This document shows, piece by piece, positions 1-8,200 of a stretch of DNA of 64,000 bases. Source of the stretch: Candidatus Poribacteria bacterium. Its GTDB lineage: Bacteria; Poribacteria; WGA-4E; WGA-3G. Location of the stretch: contig OZ219750.1 in the NCBI GenBank assembly GCA_964291315.2, forward strand, positions 576,001-640,000. Direction: 5' to 3'. The translations under genes were made by a program, and so were the position numbers. Position 1 is the first letter of the stretch. Every line of letters begins with the position of its first letter. The notes below the pieces were generated by a model. That model ran no database searches and was not told where the DNA came from. It saw only the letters and a program-made list of their open reading frames with translations.

Positions 1-4
1 AACA

Positions 5-700
5 TTGTTGGCTGACATAGAAGCTAACTTACCCGATTGGATTCGGGATATCAATGAGGTTTGGGGAACCCCGCGTTATGCCATTTTAAGAGTATACCGT
101 GGATTAATAGATGATCCGGAGTTAGGTTGGCAACACCTCAAACCCTCCGCTATTCCAGCTGCTGACCCTGAAACGCTGCACCAAAAGACACACGAACTTC
201 AACACTTTGAATCGTATTGTGAAACTGCTGAAGAAGTAGCAGAGGGTGATGACTTCGGTTTAGCTATCGCTGTTTTAAAAAGCGGCACCGAAAAATATCC
301 GAATCTACCTGATGCATGGACAGCTTATGCAGATATGCTCACACGAGCATCACGCACAGTCTCGAGTGTACTCGAAAAAGGTGATTTCTTTGCTGAGGTA
401 GAAAGGGCTTTGAATATCGCACTTGAATTGAACCCTGATTATGCCCCGGCCCATCTTCTGCGTGGTTACAACCTTATCCTATCCGCTTACCGCAACGGCG
501 ATGAAACAGAACCAGGGCTTGAGTCTATCTATAAAGCCTTGGTTGCTGGGATCCAGGGCACACAACTGGCACAGGCCTACTTTTCTATCGGTCTCGCGCA
601 TCGGACAAATGGAGACGAAGAGCTGGCACATGAAGCGTTCGCGAAGGCAATTGCTGCTGACCCAAGGTTTATGCCAGCACAACTCGCTAATATGGCATAG
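5..700 (+). CDS. TPR-repeat protein, 5' end outside the window
   Basis: TPR-like helices (ALELNPDYAPAHLLRG, AQAYFSIGLAH, AIAADPRF); ORF open at the window edge. Confidence 0.7.
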   Translation: MLADIEANLPDWIRDINEVWGTPRYAILRVYRGLIDDPELGWQHLKPSAIPAADPETLHQKTHELQHFESYCETAEEVAEGDDFGLAIAVLKSGTEKYPNLPDAWTAYADMLTRASRTVSSVLEKGDFFAEVERALNIALELNPDYAPAHLLRGYNLILSAYRNGDETEPGLESIYKALVAGIQGTQLAQAYFSIGLAHRTNGDEELAHEAFAKAIAADPRFMPAQLANMA

Positions 701-714
701 GAGAAATACTGAAA

Positions 715-1662
715 ATGAGATACGACAGTGTTTTGCTCATTGCATTTGGGGGACCAGCCCCTGGATGCTGTCAAAGATACAGTAGTGATACATGTCCTGG
801 GGAAGCCTATTGTTTTGTGCAAGGAATTGTTGGGACGGCCGAGTCTCAAATAGAACGTATAAAAGATATTACTGCACATTATGTCCAATTAGGTGGTTTT
901 TCACCATTCAACAAATTAACTTTCGAGCAAGCGACCTCATTAGAAAACGCGTTACATAAACGAGCTATACCGCTTCCTGTTTATGCCGGATTTAGGCACT
1001 GGAGCCCCTATTTAAAAGATGTCATCGCGGAAATGGCACAGAAAGGTCATCGTAAAATACTCGGAATCATCATGGCACCGCACCAGTCCAAAGTTAGTTG
1101 GGAGTGGTATCAACAAACAGTAAAGAAAGGTATAGATGCTGTCGATGGTGAGAAACCGACTGTTGACTATCTCGCCCCGTGGTACACACACGAAGGCTAT
1201 GTAGGTGCAATTGCTGAAATTATTAAAATGGCATGTGGTGACAAATTGGAACGCGCTGAGCTTGTCTTCACAGCACATGCAATTCCGAAAGCGGCGGCGG
1301 ATACCTCACCTTACACGCAACAGTTTAGAAAAACCGGCGAAGCGGTTGCCCAAGAGATAGGGAAAACCCGATTCAGTCTGGTGTATCAGAGTGCTGTAGA
1401 AAACAGCCCAATACCTTGGACGCAACCTGATATTAACGATTGGATTAGAGCACGTGAAGCGAAGGGTGTTGATACCGTTGTCGCATCTCCAATCGGTTTT
1501 CTTTGTGACCATGTGGAAGTTCTCTATGATCTGGATATAGAGGCAGTGGAAACTGCAGCAGCGTGTGGCGTGGATTTTATTCGCGCGGGAACTGTGGGTG
1601 CCCATCCTAAATTTATCAACATGTTAGCGGACTTCGTTTGTGAGAAATCTGTGAGTAGATAG
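715..1662 (+). CDS. hemH: Ferrochelatase (proto/coproporphyrin)
   Basis: LLIAFGGP, GGFSP, FTAHAIP, YQS, PWTQPDI, SPIGFLCDHVEVLYDLD motifs; RBS GGAG upstream. Confidence 0.93.
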   Translation: MRYDSVLLIAFGGPAPGCCQRYSSDTCPGEAYCFVQGIVGTAESQIERIKDITAHYVQLGGFSPFNKLTFEQATSLENALHKRAIPLPVYAGFRHWSPYLKDVIAEMAQKGHRKILGIIMAPHQSKVSWEWYQQTVKKGIDAVDGEKPTVDYLAPWYTHEGYVGAIAEIIKMACGDKLERAELVFTAHAIPKAAADTSPYTQQFRKTGEAVAQEIGKTRFSLVYQSAVENSPIPWTQPDINDWIRAREAKGVDTVVASPIGFLCDHVEVLYDLDIEAVETAAACGVDFIRAGTVGAHPKFINMLADFVCEKSVSR

Positions 1663-1734
1663 GACTAACTTTGCACTTCTGCAAATGTAGCGATCAGAAA
1701 GTGTCGGTAAAGTGGTTTTGGATTGAGAGGTTTT

Positions 1735-3150
1735 ATGTCAAAAAATTCGGTTAGGAAGCATGCCGTTGTTGTCGGTGGTGGTATTACAGGACTAGCAGCA
1801 TGCTATCGCTTGCAACGCGTGGCGGCAGAGCGCAATATTCCGCTTGATGTTACACTTCTTGAAGCGACTGACCGCGTCGGTGGGGTTATTCGTACTGAAT
1901 ATCGCTATGGCTTCGTCCTTGAGCACGGTCCGGATGCTTTCATTTCGACAAAACCTGGAGCGAAGGTGCTCTGTGAAGAGCTGGGTATTGCAGATCAACT
2001 CATCGGAACTAACCCAGAAGTTCGTCGAAGCTTCGTTGTCCGAAACGGAGAGCTTCATCCGGTCCCTGAAGGCTTTTACATGATCGCACCGGGGTCTTTC
2101 AAGCCGTTTTTGAAAAGCTCGCTTTTCAGTTGGCGAGGTAAGCTGCGAATGGCAATGGAGCTTTTTGTTCCACCTCGTGGTAGAGATACGGATGAAGCCG
2201 TAGCGCACTTCGTCAGACGGCGCCTTGGGACAGAAGCTTTCGCACGAATAGCACAGCCTATGATAGGGGGCATCTATACCTCAGATGCCGAAAACCTCAG
2301 TCTGAGGGCTACCTTTCCAAGATTCTTGGAGATGGAAGACACGCACGGAAGTATTATAAAGGCGCTTCGCGCACAAAAAAAGCAGGCATCCCAAACCAGT
2401 CAGGGGACAAGTGGTCCTCGCTATAGTCTTTTTCTTTCATTCAAATCTGGCATGCAAACCTTAGTTGACGCACTCACTGAGGCTGTTTCGGATTCTATTC
2501 GAATAAATGCCAAAGTAGAACATATCCGGCATAGTCAAGACGAGGGGTGGTGTGTTTCACTATCTAACAAGAAGGTGCTCAAGGCGCAATTCCTCTGCTT
2601 TGCTCTACCGGCACCACAGACTGCGGCACTCCTCCGAAACGTTTCCTCTCCACTTGCCACGCAAATTAGTGGGATTCCCTATGCCTCTTCGGCAACTGTC
2701 AATTTAGCGTTCCACCGGGCAGATATCACACACCCGCTGGATGGTATGGGATTTGTTGTTCCTGCGACTGAAAACCTGTCTCTCATCGGTTGTTCATTCA
2801 GTAGCATCAAATTTGAGGGGCGCGCACCAGCTGAACATGTTCTGTTACGAGCTTTTGTCGGGGAACCGAGGGCTAAAGAGTCTGAAAATGAACTTATTGA
2901 ACTCTGTCAAGCAGATCTAACGCGGGTTCTCGGCATTAAAAGAGATCCACGATTTGCTATCGTTAGTAAGTATCCAAAGGCAATGGCACAGTATCAAGTC
3001 GGACACGAAGAGGTCATTAGTGGCGTAGAACGGCTCGTTGGAGAATTGCCTGGATTTGCGATCTCAGGCAATGGTTATTATGGGGTCGGTATCCCAGACT
3101 GTATTCGCAGTGGGGAACAAGCTGCGGTTTCGCTCTTAGGTGCCTTGTGA
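1735..3150 (+). CDS. hemY: Protoporphyrinogen/coproporphyrinogen oxidase, HemY type
   Basis: VVGGGITGLAA FAD motif, EHGPDAF, C-terminal GVGIPDCIRSG; follows hemH. Confidence 0.92.
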   Translation: MSKNSVRKHAVVVGGGITGLAACYRLQRVAAERNIPLDVTLLEATDRVGGVIRTEYRYGFVLEHGPDAFISTKPGAKVLCEELGIADQLIGTNPEVRRSFVVRNGELHPVPEGFYMIAPGSFKPFLKSSLFSWRGKLRMAMELFVPPRGRDTDEAVAHFVRRRLGTEAFARIAQPMIGGIYTSDAENLSLRATFPRFLEMEDTHGSIIKALRAQKKQASQTSQGTSGPRYSLFLSFKSGMQTLVDALTEAVSDSIRINAKVEHIRHSQDEGWCVSLSNKKVLKAQFLCFALPAPQTAALLRNVSSPLATQISGIPYASSATVNLAFHRADITHPLDGMGFVVPATENLSLIGCSFSSIKFEGRAPAEHVLLRAFVGEPRAKESENELIELCQADLTRVLGIKRDPRFAIVSKYPKAMAQYQVGHEEVISGVERLVGELPGFAISGNGYYGVGIPDCIRSGEQAAVSLLGAL

Positions 3151-3159
3151 GGAGGCGTA

Positions 3160-4182
3160 ATGCCCTTGATACGAACGCCCCGATGCTTCACAATCGGTGT
3201 TAGTTTTGCGGTTCTCGGATGTGCTCTAGCTCTATTAATTGGTAACCTGGTACTTCATGCTGAAAACCGTGCCGACCCGGTAGTAGAGGCGTATCAAAGC
3301 TTTAAGGATGGGAAGTGTAAAAGCTGCCATCCTGCAATCTGGAGAGAATGGGAAAATTCGATGCACGCGAAGGCATGGGTTGATGAGATCTATCAGGCGG
3401 CGGCAAGCCAAGTCTCAGATAGAGAGACGAAGTGTGATCAGTGCCATGCCCCTCAACCAATTCTTATTACAGGTATTGGGAAAATGCCGAAACTCAGAAA
3501 TAGGCAGCGAGAAACTGGGGTTTCTTGTCTAGTGTGTCATCTTGATGCAAGCGGTGCGATGCACGGGCCTCCTGCAAGCGCGGAAACCTACTTTCATGCC
3601 AACTTAACCAATCCGATCTATACGGAGCCAACTACTCTCTGCGCTACTTGTCACGGTCAGCCAAGCGTTCCTGAACACGACCAAATTTCCAGTTTTCTCA
3701 GTAGTAGGTTCGCTGAAGATGGGCAAGGTTGCGCGACGTGTCACATGCCGGTTATTACCCGATTACAAAGCATAACAAGTTATGAAAGTATCAAAGGGCG
3801 GAAACATACTTGGCGTGGTAGTCGAAGCGTTGCCCAACTCAGGCGTGCTGCAGGTCTTCAACTTGAATACAAAGCAGGAAAGGTGAGTGTAAGACTCGGG
3901 AGTAAGACGGGACACATCCTCCCAGGCGGGACTTTGCGAACTATCATACTTGAAGTTGCACTTCTTGCATCAGATGGGACTGAACGTCAAAAACAAAAGA
4001 TCTCAATTTCTGCTGACGAAGAGAACCGTCTGCTTCCAGATGAAAGTAGGTATTACATTTTTGATGTTCCATCTGCTACAACTGGGGACACAATCAGAGC
4101 ACGATTGAGGTACCGATTGACACCAAAAGCGCCGGAATCTGCTTGGATGTTAATGGCAGAAGCAATTCATGTTCTACCTTGA
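3160..4182 (+). CDS. Exported pentaheme cytochrome c
   Basis: Signal peptide; five CxxCH motifs (CKSCH, CDQCH, CLVCH, CATCH, CATCH); WENSMHAKA; GGAGG RBS at the hemY stop. Confidence 0.85.
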   Translation: MPLIRTPRCFTIGVSFAVLGCALALLIGNLVLHAENRADPVVEAYQSFKDGKCKSCHPAIWREWENSMHAKAWVDEIYQAAASQVSDRETKCDQCHAPQPILITGIGKMPKLRNRQRETGVSCLVCHLDASGAMHGPPASAETYFHANLTNPIYTEPTTLCATCHGQPSVPEHDQISSFLSSRFAEDGQGCATCHMPVITRLQSITSYESIKGRKHTWRGSRSVAQLRRAAGLQLEYKAGKVSVRLGSKTGHILPGGTLRTIILEVALLASDGTERQKQKISISADEENRLLPDESRYYIFDVPSATTGDTIRARLRYRLTPKAPESAWMLMAEAIHVLP

Positions 4183-4211
4183 TACATTTGGGATCCACTA
4201 AGTTTTCATAT

Positions 4212-4607
4212 TAGGTAAGGGATCGAAACCCGGCAGCAGCTTTAGTCTCGGTGTGCCCGCTAGATAACATCCGCTGATACCGATTTCAGGTGTGCTTGTT
4301 AGGGTTTGAAAGTGGAACTTCAGAAGAAACCTAGTAACCCAACACGCCGGACATTCGTTCTATTTCTGGAGAACCGTGCTATTGACAATCAAGATGGAGC
4401 TTCTCAGTCTATAATCGATGCAAGCGTCTTAGGTTCTTGGATAGCCTATTGTCAATGCGGTAGACGCGTTGTGCTCTGCGGACTATTACCGGCTTTCCGA
4501 TCAGTTGGGTCCAAATAAGGCACAGTTCCGAGCTCCACAGTTGTCTCGGGAAGTATTAGGATTTTGAGGAGCAGGAAACCGCCTATGTTAATCTGATTTT
4601 TCAGATT
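4212..4607 (+). ncRNA. Candidate large structured non-coding RNA, family not recognised
   Basis: Five consecutive non-overlapping stems inside a closing stem; G-U pairs favour the + strand; no credible ORF. Confidence 0.45.
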
Positions 4608-4642
4608 TAGTCAAAATGAGATTATCTTTGATGCATTTTCCC

Positions 4643-4671
4643 TTGACAGTTTAAGTGTTTTATAGTAAAAT
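4643..4671 (+). promoter_or_regulatory. Sigma70-type promoter P1 of the surface-protein operon
   Basis: TTGACA-17 nt-TAAAAT. Confidence 0.65.
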
Positions 4672-4737
4672 GTCAGGTAGCTTATAGGTTTCTACGTGAA
4701 CGTTCGAAAATCTCCAGAATAGGATTGAAATTTTGAT

Positions 4738-4766
4738 TTGACATATTTTAATGGTTGTGGTATCAT
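4738..4766 (+). promoter_or_regulatory. Sigma70-type promoter P2 with extended -10
   Basis: TTGACA-17 nt-TATCAT, with TG one base upstream of the -10. Confidence 0.7.
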
Positions 4767-4770
4767 ATAT

Positions 4771-5218
4771 AAGCAGACTGCAGTTTAATCGATAGAGATA
4801 CTAAGATGATATACCGATGCGGCGGGAGCAAATATTCACCGATTGCATAAAAACATCACGTAATTGCAAGTCAGTTTGGTTCAGAACATTTGTCCTAATG
4901 ACTAGATATGTCTGCTACGTAGCGATTAATTAAATGGTTGCTTAATTTTGTTACCTTTGTTAGAATAAATAAAAAATTCCCGCAATGTCGAGCATAAAAG
5001 TTAAGTCTTGTTTTCCACTTACGTTTGACTTATGTTTTATGTGCTACTGACTCTATCCGAGGGATACATCGGTACCGGGGAATTTCAAGTTCGTTGGTAG
5101 AATGTTATTTGGATGGGCAGACATCTACCCCGATCGCTTTTGTCGTATTCGCGCTTACCCATCTAAAACTCAGTACTTAGTCTCGCTTGCGCGTAGACTT
5201 AATGAGGAGGATAAGTTA
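4771..5218 (+). promoter_or_regulatory. Long structured 5' leader
   Basis: Complementary pairs 4812-4819/5067-5074, 4822-4827/4978-4983, hairpins 4991-5045 and 5108-5167; AGGAGG RBS before ATG 5219. Confidence 0.5.
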
Positions 5219-8200
5219 ATGAAAAAACGAACACTCGTTTGTTTTTTGATTTTTACTTTGTGTGTTTTTTATAGTTCAATTCCGAACGCTGTTTTCGGGC
5301 AGGAAGTCTCTCTCGCCCAGCAAGTGTTTGACAAGCACAGCGAGACGCTCCAGCGTGAAGATATTCAGGCGGTTTTGCCCGATGTTCTTGAGGGGCTGAA
5401 AGCACCAAACATTCAGGCCCTTTTGACCCCCCAAACCATTGCGATCGTTGTCGCAACTCCGGATCTCCTAACACAGTTTGTTCCAGATATAGATCAGCAA
5501 TTTGTGGCGCTTTTGAAAGAGGATGTTGATCTCCAAGGGCTGCTCAGCGATCCGCAAGTTCAAGAATTGCTCCAAGATCCAGCAGCAATTGACGAACTTG
5601 CAGGATTATTGGGTGTTGGTGCTGAACCTCCAGTGGTGGAGCCCCCAGTAGTGGAGCCTCCAGTGGTAGAGCCCCCAGTGGTGGAGCCCCCGGTAGTGGA
5701 GCCTCCAGTGGTAGAGCCCCCAGTAACAGTCCCAACTATAGATCCTTTTGAGCCAATAATGCCCACGAATGATTTCATTTTGGGTAAATCAAGGCTTGGC
5801 GGTCTCTCTCTGAATGCTGCTTCTGGAAAAGGTCTTATTGAAGAGATTATTCGAGCATCTGGGCTGCCTTTTGAAGCGAGCACTCTGGTAGATGCAATTC
5901 TTGACCTTGTTCCGCAAGGGATTTTCCCGAAGAAGCAGATGCGCCAGATTTTGATGTCCAACCGTCTCTCCATTTTTGAACAAGAAGCGAAGCAATTGGA
6001 TTTCGAGAATTTCGGAAATGCCATAATGCCGAACTTTGCTGATTTTGCCTATTTAGAAGCCAGCAGCAAACATGTAACAAGAGATGGTTTACAGGTTTAT
6101 ATGCGTGTACCCGCGAAGGTTGGAGGTGTTACGTTTACGCTCTCAGGTGGGAAAACAGTTCCGGGTACCGAAGTTACCATGGCTGAATTTCAAAGCGATA
6201 CCATTTCTTATACTTTCCAGTTAGATGAAACGCTTGCTGCTACCAACTTACCTGCATGGCCCAGTTTAGGTGCTCAACTGTTTTCGAGCGTTACGCTCCG
6301 GTATTCAAATACTGGCCCACAGGGAGACTACATAGCTGTTGATATGCAGCCGACAACTGGGAAAAATGGCGTTGTTTGGGAATCAGAAATAGGCATTCCA
6401 CCTAAAGGGAGTACCTATTACTATTTTGAAGTGATGCTCACTGAGCCGGTATCCTTCACGACGTTGGACCGTGAAGCAATTGCAGCTATGGATCCAACTA
6501 CTGTAAGCTTAGCGGATATTCTCAGTGCCACGAAAGAATACACAATTGAAGGTTGGGCGATGCCAGATCCAAAGAACCTTCAGATGGTCAATCGTGGTAT
6601 TGTCGAGGCGCTGTTTACCCCTGATTTAACACGTGTGCTTGATGATGTGCTGACATCACCCAACGCCGCAAACATAATCCTAAAGGTAAACGCGGGGCAG
6701 CAACTCAAGATAAACGAATTTTTGAGTGTTGCTACGCAAAAGCAACGGAATAGGATTACGAGTATAATCTCCCGTAATGCAAACAGAATCACAACTAAAT
6801 TTGAAACTGAATTTGATCCGATGTTGGCTTCTGTTTTTACTGTGCCACGTGTTAATATGCAAACAGAATCCCTTTGGATCGCACAAATTGAAGATATCGC
6901 TGATGGCAGCTACTATCTAGCGGCTGTTGTTCATGATGCCGATGGTAACCCGCTTGATCAGGTCCAAGAGATGGTCACTTTTGATACGACTGCTCCGGAG
7001 GCTCAGATTCAGATTATGGATGGCGGGAACACTGCAGGATATACAAATGCAGAAGGTGTCTATGTTGCTACTGCTCCTAATGCTGGTCCTGCAGCTCTCA
7101 ACATCATGGGTATGTCGAAGGGGAATGACGTAGGTGCAGGCAGGGGATACCTTTTTTATCAAGAGATTGCCTTGGATGCAGATGGAATTCCTCAAAGCAC
7201 ATGGATGCCATTAACGGTTGAGTCCACAATCTTGACATCTAGGATTTGGTCGTCTGTTCTGGAAAGATTCCCGCAAGAACTTGCTTCATTTGTGAAGATG
7301 AATTTCCCTGAACTCGTCGGTGGTTTGGACGATACAGCGATAGCAGGACTCTTAGGTAGTCTGACTCCTGAATCGCTCTTGGCCCTACTCTCGCCGGACT
7401 TAATCCAACAGTTTGCAAATCCATTTCTCAAGAGTTTAGAGCCTTTCATAGGACGCTTTCAACTCTCTGACTCTCAGAGCCAAGCGATAGTTGATGCTTT
7501 GGGTGCTACGGTGGATATCGTTGACCATCTGTTGCCAGTAACCTTTGAACCCTCTGAGCATGTGACCATGCCCATCCAGGGTGAGCATATGTCTCTTATG
7601 ATAGGAGACTACGGGATTCGAGCAATGGGGATTGATATGCTCTTCAATCTCGGGGTCTATGCTGAACCTGCCCGGCTCAGGATTGTCGTGCCGGAAACTG
7701 ATGCAGCCAGCGTTACAGCTGTCAATATCGGCGACCAGAATGGCGATGGTGATGCTAATGACCCTTATGAAAACGGTATGATCTTCGCGGATACTACGGA
7801 CGATGTAATGTTGACCGTCACTGTGGACAATCGTACTGTGCATCCTGCTTCCATCAGTGTGCAATATATGGATGCAAACGGGGCATGGCAGATGATCGGT
7901 GAAGCTCGTGAGCTAGCTGAAAATGAAGAAGTATCTATGTATCAGATCAGCTGGAATGTTACCGATTTTGATGCCCTCGTAGCTGCAAGTGATACGGTTA
8001 TGGTTCGGGCCGTGGCAACCAATGCCCTTCAACTTACGAGCACGTCAGAGCCGTTCGCAATAAAACTGGATGCTGACGTTTACCCTGCTCCTTTTGACGT
8101 AATAGCGCTTGCACTTGATGCTGAGTCCATTACGAAGACAAATCCAGATAGCGGGGGCCCCCAAGGCACGGTCACAATCAGTGGATATACGCCGCAACGG

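Noticed and set aside
4251-4270. GTGTGCCC resembling a group II intron 5' end
   Set aside because: No domain V/VI motif or RT ORF downstream
5102-5218. Longer N-terminus of the giant protein given by the ORF track
   Set aside because: AGGAGG RBS and signal peptide point to ATG 5219; upstream part is hairpin-rich leader
5544-6024. Antisense ORFs with GGSTT and LEAPL repeats
   Set aside because: Shadows of the (EPPVV)n coding repeat
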